The translations under genes were made by a program, and so were the position numbers. A stretch of 64,000 nt of DNA from an uncultured virus (IMG/VR IMGVR_UViG_3300021599_002318) (lineage: Duplodnaviria; Heunggongvirae; Uroviricota; Caudoviricetes): positions 1 through 64,000 of IMG/VR virus record IMGVR_UViG_3300021599_002318; one strand, 5' to 3'. Below are positions 36,801 to 45,267 of this stretch, in pieces. The notes under the pieces are model-generated. The model had not been told where the DNA came from and searched no databases. It worked only from the letters and a program-made list of their open reading frames with translations. The number at the start of each line of letters is the position of its first letter. The first letter of the stretch is position 1.

Positions 36801-38559
36801 AACCGTAACAGAACTCACACCTCAGAAGTTCAAGGAGGCATTGGAAAGAGAAATTCCTGGTTCAGACAACACATTATTGAGATTCTACATATATGCGATT
36901 TCATATGTGAATAGTTTTGTCAAAAGCTCGAACACAGATGCGGGAAAGTTTGTTGGATATAATCACAACTTTTCATTATTATCACTCGATAAAAATTTCC
37001 AACCAATTCAAACAACAAATTTATATTTCAATAAAAAATATTGTTGTGTTAACGTGACATCCTCAGGTTCGTCAAATTCATTACCAATTGCTGCATTCAA
37101 TAGTCTCAAGGAATATATTGGTTTTATGAGGTCTAGATTGGAAAACAATTTGGAAAGAATTAGACAATTGAAATTAACAAAATATTACGTGTGTTATTGG
37201 CCGAAAGAGAGTGTTGCTGAGAACTACTACGAGTTGAATGCCGAGTCAGAATTTTCAACGGTGATTGGAACAATGCAAGAAGCCTATGTTTCTGCGGTTC
37301 AACTTGGAATAATACCAAAAGAATTAGCAGAAAAGAATGATAAGGAAGCAAAAGAGATTCAAAAAGATACAACAGTCCCTACACCTCCACCACCTAATCC
37401 TGGACAAACATGCCCACCTCCAATCATAACAACATTTGCGCCAACGATTGGTAACTCAGGAACAATAGTTCAAATCAAAGGTAACTGCTTGGATTCAACA
37501 ATAGCCGTATTCATAAACGGTGTTCAAGTTGAACCGAGAAATATAACCATAGTCAATCCTCAAACTATTAGAGTAGTTGTCCCCGAAGTGGGAACTACAG
37601 TATCAACAGGAAACATTAAAGTCGATACTTTCTATGGAACATTTACAACAGTTTCTACTTTCAATTTTGACCCATCAATTTCACCATCAGCGGCTTCATC
37701 TCCAGGTTCATATGTAAACAACGCAAGTAATGTTACTGCGGCTGCATCAGGTGTTATTACTAATCCACAACAGACTGGACCAAATCCTCTTGAGATTATA
37801 ACTCAAACCAAAAACACAATTGGTGGTGATGAGTTGTTAGTTGTTAAAATATCTCCTAATAGTGGAACGTGGGAGATGGATGACCAACCCGTAATGTCCT
37901 ACACATTATATACAATAAAGAAGGGTCCAAATAATTCAATCACAAGAACTGTTGAAAGTAGACAAAACACTAGACTTGTTGGTTTCGTTTCTCAAGATAA
38001 ACAAACATTCACCTGTTCGAGAGCGGCATTAATAAGTGCTGAGTTTCAGGGTGAACTTGAGGACTATGAGGGCGACGAAATAGAAATAACAACACAAATT
38101 AAGATATTAGCTAATAATACGTCAACACAGGAAACAGTCCGACAAAATTACAATTTTTTAATTTATGTTCCACCTGCAACCCCATCGACCCAAACACCGC
38201 CAGGCTCATTAGTTATAGTGAGTAATACTAACAGTGGTGAACTACCTAATTTTTCGGGACCCGACATCTACAATATTAAAAAACCTACGGGAGGTTATGT
38301 TACTTTACAATTCAGTTGTCCGAACTTGATTCAGAAAGGTGAATTTGAGTTAGTTTTAATACCTGAGATAGAAATTCAGTCCATTGTAATAACAAATAAT
38401 CCTGGCACAAAATATACTAATTTGGTTGAGACAAGTGCAAAAGGTAGATTCCAAGCTTCCGTAAGATATAAATCGAGCAGTTATACACACATCTTCCCGA
38501 ACACATCAGACCCTGTTCCTATAAATGCCGGAGCAACAAGTCCTCCTTTCACTTTATAA
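30871..38559 (+). CDS. Giant (2562 aa) baseplate hub-like virion protein with C-terminal IPT/TIG domain
   Basis: Follows the LysM protein. Hub-like segments GITQITI..., CLGNAIIQPTMYF...GPYLIDSINHSI...FQTTFTGIR. IPT-like PIITTFAPTIGNSGTIVQIKG. Confidence 0.55.
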   Translation: MAGNVQADNSGNILVEFDYNNIIVVDPNKTIDAFGKIRERLVDHENLVMYANLEAEVLPRTKLAVGASPEDRVRIVSIAKMNFLKPTKDSFLGTGYYDEITGDNTTKFKGVNQMYTGTVVPKDGTKAYIVDRPNDLSDVLDNGLLGITQITIDTNMSFIPSVRISLEDIQGRALFQLGNNSPYAAFFNLPYPPFYLTLKGFYGQAIRYQLNLETFNARFNTFSGNYQIDLDFKGYKFNILNEIAVGHLIATPHMYSQQFNVTTNPVGPQSNLKSQETNAATQTKLLTATDGRQNENTVQITAERGYQKIREVYSEYKSKGLIPPDFPEYSFPQFVNALELFEQNVASQFNPVEVAPLTNIRNYKTSLRNYFEGVRGGQTSWFNRYLNPNPVILKTGERAYFFKEIDLKAKLEAESQLQKIITEYNLQLSKNPTLGDDGPSKITNPIVYSTISIKPAPTESQINWEETTKIQTGILKPNPTQINQLKDQLKNLTTPIYETKNVNGQTTLEDVRPPFFVFEGKNRFDKIIALLETQANKKLSEFEDSITKKLLEKIESGTNGIGFKPTVRNIIAVLMASAEAFIRLLDDVHTSAWALKYDDVRKKAILENPSSAPGSDTVDEIKITRQAIESSTGLKYAEIPVYPWPQFFVETPEDKKGRFQLKYIADPTVVELTGGWDYSKWPEVQFVEEYMRGLTMKFNPPLAPPPLDNQIETNLININAIEFPTVGVAYTNKEEIKFFYEIYERQLVTSRYSNYIRANQNQIDELIKLNTETEVNNIVKSLGLNSPYITMKLKNYAINSSNYLSFLENISNQGTGRAWQDFIRDFYVTPYLRNLTENSFAILNLDEQGKLPQSTAQSLALESLVTNSTNIPNVTDTIPFTDPQWNIKNLSNGDGSTLDEVYNTNRVLTIFDARKIISNFNNIYNVNEKRPVTNFSYLKNDNPNSTVTDLADNDVSLSSFYQTRTPIDFMATEGYYIHTPPTFSEDVPLENEFPRLTTTSMLNTPYFVNAIQNGVQNQRASLAYPYVQAGYLFINSLPLASLREKYKTQANGAQTDLDYIASCFKKFGAIHKLPYAWILKFGSIWHRYKVYKQSNTDILQTAWTNFNQVQNFSPIQNSPSQTYSFKYGTADREIALEKTDTTNVNLQVGFYPKVINDFYKFCIGYDVYKDYTNAEIQNTIKGGMKVYNYVQSNIQTQQEDKVLRLTTWSVLIPGGISSTEENCGTDSVTKQTIYFVVPSFGSSVNQTSDECIVNTNNQSSTVVNLNNNSAVYNGSVRTMWSAPNYGYFDGSAVVKPTPEQYVNRILPNTDEQSPFILLDSNEYSNIEEIFSVFDKKILDSFEQEFLNFCKPITDADTAPTNLGIGETSVSGDINFRNFQSLFKSLITVIPQLPATNETEYFNEVINLQYSNSQNTLRAFMEYDVLFKYGNPSNYKRRTLDSYLSHGGQPEVTDPIQFQPYVQGSLPSIGGSTTLTLSKTQNVDAWLALELEVGFSSIPSVEYSSNGSYITDFFIDNNIEFTLPNVTILSPIIKMYATYKLSNPNSTVAQFKNALQDLLNSEELLQSNFLNDLLAKLNKALPNQSQIPQGTINSVFTGQQSKVENWEVFKALNDKWIAGGDYKTKTLFEDILFLDRASRNIGQTVLLDIFELKNMIGRNSLNNAMSIFTLISGILIKNNFTVMNLPAYVNFYNIQDVDGTTIPQPEGSLEFANNMWGTFLNVDYRNSSPKMVCTYVGKPSQYLDLPKGNFRFRDDGFEMRRASENPLIENQEGKKDWATSNKCVGFNVDIGNRNQNIFYSFQVEQASGVATSESINTQLNIVNQSTGRNVATQNVSLYNLYKQRSYKCSVVCLGNAIIQPTMYFNLRHVPMFNGPYLIDSINHSIQPGNFQTTFTGIRQGIYDLPAIDSFLQSINQNLLTRLEAILKIKKDVPKPIANTQQQKTDEVVQVSNNTLDAQNSCTSKVDVITYQGYEVQSGTVTELTPQKFKEALEREIPGSDNTLLRFYIYAISYVNSFVKSSNTDAGKFVGYNHNFSLLSLDKNFQPIQTTNLYFNKKYCCVNVTSSGSSNSLPIAAFNSLKEYIGFMRSRLENNLERIRQLKLTKYYVCYWPKESVAENYYELNAESEFSTVIGTMQEAYVSAVQLGIIPKELAEKNDKEAKEIQKDTTVPTPPPPNPGQTCPPPIITTFAPTIGNSGTIVQIKGNCLDSTIAVFINGVQVEPRNITIVNPQTIRVVVPEVGTTVSTGNIKVDTFYGTFTTVSTFNFDPSISPSAASSPGSYVNNASNVTAAASGVITNPQQTGPNPLEIITQTKNTIGGDELLVVKISPNSGTWEMDDQPVMSYTLYTIKKGPNNSITRTVESRQNTRLVGFVSQDKQTFTCSRAALISAEFQGELEDYEGDEIEITTQIKILANNTSTQETVRQNYNFLIYVPPATPSTQTPPGSLVIVSNTNSGELPNFSGPDIYNIKKPTGGYVTLQFSCPNLIQKGEFELVLIPEIEIQSIVITNNPGTKYTNLVETSAKGRFQASVRYKSSSYTHIFPNTSDPVPINAGATSPPFTL

Positions 38560-38589
38560 CATAACAATATATTTATAATAAAGAATTTT

Positions 38590-38814
38590 ATGAGTTTAAA
38601 ATCAACATTGGACAATTATTTAGGAAAATCGGTTAAATTTTCTGAAGAAGATTTGGGTGATGGAACTAAACAAGTTTGCGACTTAGAAACAGGAGACTGT
38701 TACGTAGTTAGAGAAAGAGATGGTCTAATCGAAAGAGCCGGACACATGCAAACTGCAAACAGAAAAGTAAGGGTTGAAACTTCAAGAGGTATAAAGCAAT
38801 TACTAAATGGTTAA
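38590..38814 (+). CDS. Hypothetical small protein
   Basis: 74 aa ORF preceded by TATTTATA at 38570. Confidence 0.6.
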   Translation: MSLKSTLDNYLGKSVKFSEEDLGDGTKQVCDLETGDCYVVRERDGLIERAGHMQTANRKVRVETSRGIKQLLNG

Positions 38815-39490
38815 AACTATGAGTTTAGATAGAAAAATTATTAGCGAGATTGAACGCTACAGACAAATTAACAAATACATTGTAGAACAAGCAGAACTAC
38901 CATTACCTGAAGACCCAGGTGCAATTCCTCCTCCGCCAGCAGCACCCGAAGCCGGAGCGGTTCCCCCACCACCAGCTGGTGAGGAACCAGCTACAGACAC
39001 AGCACCTCAACCTATTGATGTAGAGAATGACCCTGACGTAGAGAAAATTGACGATGAGGGAAAATCAGAAGAGGGTGAAGGTGATGGAACTGAAGAGGTA
39101 GAAGTTACTGATTTAGTGGATAGTCAAAAAAACATCGAAAAGAAACAAGATGAGTATTTTAATAATTTATTTGGTCAATTAAATAACCTCGAATCCAAGC
39201 TCAAGGAAATGGATGGACTTATGTCTAAACTTAACTCTTTGGAGATGAAGATTGAAAAGTATAGAGAGAAAACTCCACAAGAAAAGTTAGAACTAAGAAC
39301 ATATGATTCATATCCATTCAATCAAAAACTTACAGACTTTTTTGAGGATAAAAAAGAAGAGATGGAAAAAACAGGTAAACATGATTATGTGTTAACAACG
39401 GATGATGTTAAAAACATCAACGTGAATGATATCAAAAACTCATTCCAACCTGGTGATGTAGATAGTTACGAAAACGAATTTAACAGATAA
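38807..39490 (+). CDS. Acidic Pro-rich coiled-coil protein (possible internal or scaffold-like head protein)
   Basis: IISEIER...IVEQ leader, PPPP/acidic linker, coiled coil. True start may be 38819. Confidence 0.5.
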   Translation: MVKTMSLDRKIISEIERYRQINKYIVEQAELPLPEDPGAIPPPPAAPEAGAVPPPPAGEEPATDTAPQPIDVENDPDVEKIDDEGKSEEGEGDGTEEVEVTDLVDSQKNIEKKQDEYFNNLFGQLNNLESKLKEMDGLMSKLNSLEMKIEKYREKTPQEKLELRTYDSYPFNQKLTDFFEDKKEEMEKTGKHDYVLTTDDVKNINVNDIKNSFQPGDVDSYENEFNR

Positions 39491-39493
39491 AAT

Positions 39494-39517
39494 AAAGGGA
39501 CTGAAAGGTCCCTTTTT
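39494..39517 (+). terminator. Rho-independent terminator
   Basis: aaagggac-tgaaag-gtcccttttt. Confidence 0.8.
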
Positions 39518-39520
39518 AAT

Positions 39521-39549
39521 TTGACATATAGGGATTTCCCAATTATAAT
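39521..39549 (+). promoter_or_regulatory. Consensus sigma70-type promoter
   Basis: TTGACA (39521-26), 17 nt spacer, TATAAT (39544-49), upstream of the SSB gene. Confidence 0.8.
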
Positions 39550-39574
39550 TAATAAACAATAAAAACAATTCAAA

Positions 39575-40432
39575 ATGACAAATGTATTAGATGCCGTATT
39601 GGCGCAGTATGAAAAAAATCAAATCGGGGGCGGGGCCCAATCCAAAATGTCGCAAGACGAAAGAATGAAAAAGTATTTCGCTTTAATCCTTGGTGATAAA
39701 GAGAAATCAGGTCAGAGAAGAATTAGAATTCTCCCTACACAAGATGGTTCCTCACCATTCAAAGAGGCTTGGTATCACGAAATCCAAGTAGGAGGTCAAT
39801 GGCAAAAGTTCTATGACCCAGGAAAAAACGACAATGAGCGTTCTCCACTTAACGAAGTTTATGAAGAATTGATGAGCACAGGTAAGGAATCTGACAAGGA
39901 ACTTGCTAAGCAATACAAATCTCGTAAGTTTTACATCGTAAAAGTTATCGACAGAGATAACGAAGCTGATGGACCAAAGTTTTGGAGATTCAAACACAAC
40001 TACAAGAACGAAGGTATCTTAGATAAAATCATTCCAATTTGGAGAAACAAAGGTGATGTTACTGACCCTGAGAATGGTCGTGACCTTATCATCGAACTTG
40101 CTAAATCCAAAACACCTAAGGGTAAAGAATACACAACCGTATCTGCGATTATGTATGATGACCCGGCTCCTGTTCATACAGACAAGGACCAAGCTAAAGA
40201 GTGGATTAACGATGAGTTAAGTTGGACTGATGTATACAGTAAGAAACCTGTTGAGTACCTTGAGGCAATCGCAAGAGGTGAAACTCCAAAGTGGGATACT
40301 GAAAAAGGTGGATATGTTTATGGTGACAGCACAGTTTCTGAGGAAACACTCGGTGGTTCATCAAAACCAACTACCAAAAAGGTTCAAGACCCACAAGCAG
40401 ATTCTGAAGTAGACGAAGATTTACCATTCTAA
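39575..40432 (+). CDS. Single-stranded DNA-binding protein (T4 gp32-like)
   Basis: RIRILP...PFKEAWYH, VIDRDNE..GPKFW, DVTDPENGRDL, acidic tail DEDLPF. Confidence 0.85.
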   Translation: MTNVLDAVLAQYEKNQIGGGAQSKMSQDERMKKYFALILGDKEKSGQRRIRILPTQDGSSPFKEAWYHEIQVGGQWQKFYDPGKNDNERSPLNEVYEELMSTGKESDKELAKQYKSRKFYIVKVIDRDNEADGPKFWRFKHNYKNEGILDKIIPIWRNKGDVTDPENGRDLIIELAKSKTPKGKEYTTVSAIMYDDPAPVHTDKDQAKEWINDELSWTDVYSKKPVEYLEAIARGETPKWDTEKGGYVYGDSTVSEETLGGSSKPTTKKVQDPQADSEVDEDLPF

Positions 40433-40441
40433 TTTTATAAC

Positions 40442-40470
40442 AAGGGCGGTGTTGAGCCGCCCTTATTTTT
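40442..40470 (+). terminator. Rho-independent terminator
   Basis: aagggcggt-gttga-gccgccctt followed by attttt. Confidence 0.75.
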
Positions 40471-40482
40471 ATGTAACACAAT

Positions 40483-41484
40483 ATGGCTATTAAGAAAAAC
40501 GATTTCGGTAATTTAAAAAAGAAGTTCTCAACTTCAGCAAGATATAAACCACAAAGATTTTTGGACTTAGGTTCTGACTTTTTGGATGCAGTTGGACTTC
40601 CAGGTCCCGCAGTTGGACATATCAACATGTTCCTCGGGCACTCAGATACAGGTAAAACAACTGCAGCCATCAAAGCTGCGGTAGATGCTCAGAAGAAAGA
40701 AATACTTCCTGTATTCATAATCACAGAACAGAAATGGAGTTTTGACCACGCCAAACTTATGGGTTTCCAATGCGAAGAAGTTGTTGATAAAGAAACAGGC
40801 GAACTTGATTGGGATGGATTTTTCTTATTCAATAACAATTTCAGTTACATTGAACAAATCACAGACTACATCAATCAACTCCTTGATGCACAAGAAAAAG
40901 GGGAATTGAATTACAGTTTATGTTTTATATGGGATTCAGTTGGTTCTGTTCCTTGTAAAATGACATACGAAGGTAAAGGTGGTAAACAACACAACGCATC
41001 TGTGTTATCAGATAAAATTGGTATGGGTATCAACCAAAGAATCTCAGGCTCTAGAAAGGCAGACACCGAATACGAAAATACACTTATTATTATCAACCAA
41101 CCATGGGTAGAACTACCCGACAATCCTTTTGGTCAACCAAAGATTAAGGCTAAAGGTGGAGAATCAGTTTGGTTAAACTCATCATTAGTTTTCCTTTTCG
41201 GAAATCAAAAAGGTGCTGGAACTACCAAGATTACTGCTACCAAAGACAAACGCTCAGTGAAATTTGCAGTAAGAAGTAAAATCTCAGTTATGAAAAATCA
41301 CATCAACGGATTGGGTTTTGATGACGGAAAGATTATTGTTACTCCTCACGGGTTCTTGGCTGGTAAAGATTCAACCGAAGAAAAAGCGTCTATCGAGGCC
41401 TACAAAAAAGAATACGCCGACTATTGGAAAGATATTATCGGTGCTGAAGGGGATTTTACACTCACAGAAGAAAAAGAAGATTGA
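40483..41484 (+). CDS. uvsX: RecA/UvsX-like recombinase
   Basis: Walker A GHSDTGKT, Walker B FIWDSVG, IINQ, KGG, KNH. Confidence 0.85.
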   Translation: MAIKKNDFGNLKKKFSTSARYKPQRFLDLGSDFLDAVGLPGPAVGHINMFLGHSDTGKTTAAIKAAVDAQKKEILPVFIITEQKWSFDHAKLMGFQCEEVVDKETGELDWDGFFLFNNNFSYIEQITDYINQLLDAQEKGELNYSLCFIWDSVGSVPCKMTYEGKGGKQHNASVLSDKIGMGINQRISGSRKADTEYENTLIIINQPWVELPDNPFGQPKIKAKGGESVWLNSSLVFLFGNQKGAGTTKITATKDKRSVKFAVRSKISVMKNHINGLGFDDGKIIVTPHGFLAGKDSTEEKASIEAYKKEYADYWKDIIGAEGDFTLTEEKED

Positions 41485-41507
41485 TTGTTCACCATTAAAT
41501 TGAATAT

Positions 41508-42500
41508 GTGACGAAGACATTGTTGGTGGATGGGGACAACCTATTCAAAATTGGATTTCACGGGGTCAGAGACCTTTATAGTGACGGTTCTCATATAGGT
41601 GGAGTATATCACTTCATCAACACAATCAGGAGATTTTTAGAGATGCATAATCACGATAAAGTGATTGTATTTTGGGACGGTGATTCTAACTCATCAATCA
41701 GAAAATCTTTATACCCACAATACAAGGGTAATCGTCGTCAAGACATGAATGAATACAAATACGAATCTTACTTGCAACAAAAGGCAAGAGTAAAGATGTA
41801 TTTGGAGGAGGTCTATGTGCGACAAGTCGAAATGATTAACAATGAAGCTGACGACCTAATATCCTATTATACTCAAATAGCGACCGATGAAGAGATTATC
41901 ATATTCTCGGCAGACAAAGACTTAACACAGTTAATTAACCCAAGGGTGACCATCTATTCACCCGTAGGTAAAGGTTATCTAAAGAACGGGGATAAGGTAA
42001 CAATCAATAAAGTGGATATTCCACATTACAACGTTACTTTGACAAAAATCATGACAGGTGATAAGTCAGATAATATAGATGGTATCGAAGGCCTGGGTGA
42101 AAAAACTTTAGTAAAACTTTTTCCGATTATGCTTGAAAAACAATGCACTATCGAAGAAATATTGGATTATGCACGAAATATCCCGCAAAAAAAACCTATT
42201 AAAAGTTTATCTAATATTTTGACAGGAAAGACAAAAAGCGGTATACTTGGAGAACAGTTCTACAGAATAAATAAACAAATTGTTGATTTGAATACACCCC
42301 TAATAACCGACGAAGGTAAAACCTTAGTAGAACAAATCTACACAGACACCATAGACCCAACAGATAGGGGATATAAAAACTTAATGAGATTGATGATGGA
42401 GGACGGACTCTTCAAATATCTCCCCACAAATGATGAGGCATGGGTTAATTTCCTCAAACCTTTTTTAAAATTAATAAGAAAAGAAAAACGAAAGAAATGA
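41508..42500 (+). CDS. 5'-3' exonuclease / T4 RNase H-like flap endonuclease
   Basis: LLVDGDN, YKGNR, EADD, SADKDLTQL, GDKSDNIDGIEGLGEKT. GTG start. Confidence 0.92.
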   Translation: MTKTLLVDGDNLFKIGFHGVRDLYSDGSHIGGVYHFINTIRRFLEMHNHDKVIVFWDGDSNSSIRKSLYPQYKGNRRQDMNEYKYESYLQQKARVKMYLEEVYVRQVEMINNEADDLISYYTQIATDEEIIIFSADKDLTQLINPRVTIYSPVGKGYLKNGDKVTINKVDIPHYNVTLTKIMTGDKSDNIDGIEGLGEKTLVKLFPIMLEKQCTIEEILDYARNIPQKKPIKSLSNILTGKTKSGILGEQFYRINKQIVDLNTPLITDEGKTLVEQIYTDTIDPTDRGYKNLMRLMMEDGLFKYLPTNDEAWVNFLKPFLKLIRKEKRKK

Positions 42501-43237
42501 TAGACTACACTTTATCAGATAAACTGAAAATTCAGTATCAAACTGCGAAACCTTTTCCATACATTGTGATTGATAATTTTTTACCAGACTTCTTACTAAA
42601 AAGTTGTTTAGAAGAAATTAAAAAACACAAGAAATGGTTTTCTAATGAAGAAGAATGGGTTGAAGAGTTTGAGAAAAACAAATTATATTACCCAACACAT
42701 TCTACCGATATGGAAGAGTTTAAAAACTACCTTCCTATTACCAATATGATTACAGAGTATATGAATTCAGAACCATTTATTAAATTTTTAGAAAATTTAA
42801 CAGGGTTTGAGAAATTATATAGAGACCCTATAATGTTGGGAGGGGGAATACATAAAATAAATAAAGGGGGTAAGTTATCTATTCACATTGATTATAACCA
42901 ACACCCTGGTAAAAAATGGAAACGTAACTTAAATCTATTACTTTATTTAAATGAAACTTGGTTGAAAGAATGGGGAGGTAATTTAGAGTTATGGGGTGGA
43001 GACCCTTGGAAAAAAGAAATAGAGATAGAACCAATATTCAATAGAGCGGTTATTTTTTCTATTGAAGATGCACCTCATGGGCATCCACTACCATTAAAAA
43101 CACCTGATGATGTGTCAAGATATTCATTAGCACTTTATTACTTCACCGATGAAGAAGTAAAAAACAAACACACAGTTATCTTCTACAAAGAAGAAGAATT
43201 GGGTATAAATGAAACAGATAACTTATTTAAATTTTAA
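42497..43237 (+). CDS. 2OG-Fe(II) dioxygenase (prolyl-hydroxylase-like)
   Basis: PFPYIVIDNFL, HxD (IHIDYN), GGNLELW, FNRAVIF, distal H (PHGHP), RYSLALYY. Confidence 0.85.
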   Translation: MIDYTLSDKLKIQYQTAKPFPYIVIDNFLPDFLLKSCLEEIKKHKKWFSNEEEWVEEFEKNKLYYPTHSTDMEEFKNYLPITNMITEYMNSEPFIKFLENLTGFEKLYRDPIMLGGGIHKINKGGKLSIHIDYNQHPGKKWKRNLNLLLYLNETWLKEWGGNLELWGGDPWKKEIEIEPIFNRAVIFSIEDAPHGHPLPLKTPDDVSRYSLALYYFTDEEVKNKHTVIFYKEEELGINETDNLFKF

Positions 43238-43264
43238 GCAAATACAAACAAAAATTAAACAAAC

Positions 43265-43714
43265 ATGAAAGAGCAAGACAGCACAAAAATGGAATTTCTA
43301 TTGACCCTCAATGAAAACATTGTTGTTCAGAGGTTTTTTAATGTTCGTGGTTACAACCCGAAAGCTAAGAACTCTATGGAACTTTATGGATTCATGAAGG
43401 CATTCAGTGAGGAACTCCATTATTATCTAAAAATGAAGACTGTGATTTACATGATGGATAACAAGGACGCCATCAATGATAATCCAGCAATTATGGAAAC
43501 ATCGTTCACAGAAGGTCCTGAATTTTTCAACCTTTATGTCAAGTTGGGCGACACGACAATTTGTCATAGAAGAATTGATGGAAAACTTTATCCACCAAAA
43601 GTTCGTTATACAGTTGACGTAAGACCATTCTTGAAAGAATTACTTAGAGAATTAACTGACATTTTTTCAGCAAAAAAATTAACTCACGAGTATTTGGAAT
43701 TTGACCTTATCTAA
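43265..43714 (+). CDS. Hypothetical protein
   Basis: 149 aa ORF in the replication block. Confidence 0.6.
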   Translation: MKEQDSTKMEFLLTLNENIVVQRFFNVRGYNPKAKNSMELYGFMKAFSEELHYYLKMKTVIYMMDNKDAINDNPAIMETSFTEGPEFFNLYVKLGDTTICHRRIDGKLYPPKVRYTVDVRPFLKELLRELTDIFSAKKLTHEYLEFDLI

Positions 43715-43753
43715 GGACTATTTAAATTATAAGGGGGGAATCACAGAGAGTTT

Positions 43754-45133
43754 ATGAATAAGAATTTTGACTACTTAGGTAATACATTTCAGATACAATT
43801 AATAAATCAAATAATCCTTGATAAGGACTTTTCAAGTTCAATCTTGGATGTTATTGAGAGTTCATATTTCGATAACAAATACTTTAAAATCATTATTCAA
43901 ATGATTAAAGAGTATTATGTAAAATATGAATCAACACCAAACTTCGAAACTTTAGAACAAATTATAAAGTCCGAGGTTAGTCAAGAACTTGTAGCTAAAA
44001 TTGTTTTAGATACTCTCAATCAAGTAAAAGATGCACCATTAGAAGGAACTCAGTTCGTTCAAGAGAAGGCATTGAAATTCTGTAAACAACAAGAGTTACA
44101 GAAAGCAATGGACAAGGCACAAAAGATAATCACTGAGGGTGATTTCGAATCCTACGATAAAGTCGAAGGTCTTGTTAGAGAGGCTCTTCAAGTTGGTGAA
44201 ATCGAGAAAGGACAATCAGACGTATTCAACGATTTGGAAAATGTTCTTGTTGAAGATTATAGACACCCAATTCCAATGGGTATTGCAGGAATTGACAAAC
44301 TACTCAAAGGTGGTTTAGCGAAAGGTGAGATTGGTGTTATCTTGGCACCAACAGGTGTTGGTAAGACAACCGTCCTCACAAAAATTTCTAATACAGCTTT
44401 CAATATGGGATATAACGTTCTTCAAATATTTTTTGAGGACAACCCAAAAATTATCCAAAGAAAACATTTTACCATTTGGACTGGCATAGAACCCGATAAC
44501 TTGGTTTTCCATAAAGAAAAAGTTATGGAAAAAATTACTGAGATTAAGGAAACGATGCAAAACAAATTAGTTCTTAAGAAATTAGCTTCAGATACAATGA
44601 CCATGAATCAAATAAAGAATCAGGTCAGAAAAATGATAGCGGATGGAACAAGGATTGATATGATAGTAATGGACTATATTGATTGTGTTCTACCAGAATC
44701 AAGTGCTAAAGACGAATGGAAAGCCGAAGGTTCAATTATGAGAGCATTCGAAGCCATGTGTCATGAACTTGACATAGCTGGTTGGACAGCAACCCAAGGT
44801 AATAGAAGTTCAATCTCATCTGAGGTTGTTACTACTGACCAAATGGGAGGTTCAATTAAGAAAGCCCAAGTCGGTCACGTCATCATAACCGTGGCAAAAA
44901 CACTACAACAAAAAGAAATGAACTTAGCAACTATTGCAATTACTAAGTCTCGTTTAGGTAAAGATGGTGTTGTATTCGAAAACTGTAAATTCAACAACGA
45001 ATTACTTGAAATAGATACGGAATCATCTGTAACCTTCTTAGGTTTTGAAGAACAACAAGAAGAAAGAAAAAGAGATAGAGTTAAGGAGCTTCTCGAGAAA
45101 AGAAAAGAAAGAGAGCAACAAAAAAATCCATAA
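43754..45133 (+). CDS. dnaB: DnaB-like replicative helicase (gp41-like)
   Basis: Walker A APTGVGKT, IVMDYID, TATQGNR, KSRLGKDG. Confidence 0.92.
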   Translation: MNKNFDYLGNTFQIQLINQIILDKDFSSSILDVIESSYFDNKYFKIIIQMIKEYYVKYESTPNFETLEQIIKSEVSQELVAKIVLDTLNQVKDAPLEGTQFVQEKALKFCKQQELQKAMDKAQKIITEGDFESYDKVEGLVREALQVGEIEKGQSDVFNDLENVLVEDYRHPIPMGIAGIDKLLKGGLAKGEIGVILAPTGVGKTTVLTKISNTAFNMGYNVLQIFFEDNPKIIQRKHFTIWTGIEPDNLVFHKEKVMEKITEIKETMQNKLVLKKLASDTMTMNQIKNQVRKMIADGTRIDMIVMDYIDCVLPESSAKDEWKAEGSIMRAFEAMCHELDIAGWTATQGNRSSISSEVVTTDQMGGSIKKAQVGHVIITVAKTLQQKEMNLATIAITKSRLGKDGVVFENCKFNNELLEIDTESSVTFLGFEEQQEERKRDRVKELLEKRKEREQQKNP

Positions 45134-45267
45134 TTAAATATCTACTTTATAACAAAAAAACTTATTTTTTTTTAATTAATTTTGTGGTCGGAAAGTGTTC
45201 GACCGCATATTTATCATAAAAATCGACGATTTTTTGATAAAAACTTACACAACAAAAACTACAAAAA

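Noticed and set aside
45134..45267. Cobalamin riboswitch upstream of nrdJ
   Set aside because: The spacer is short and very AT-rich, with no recognisable B12-box
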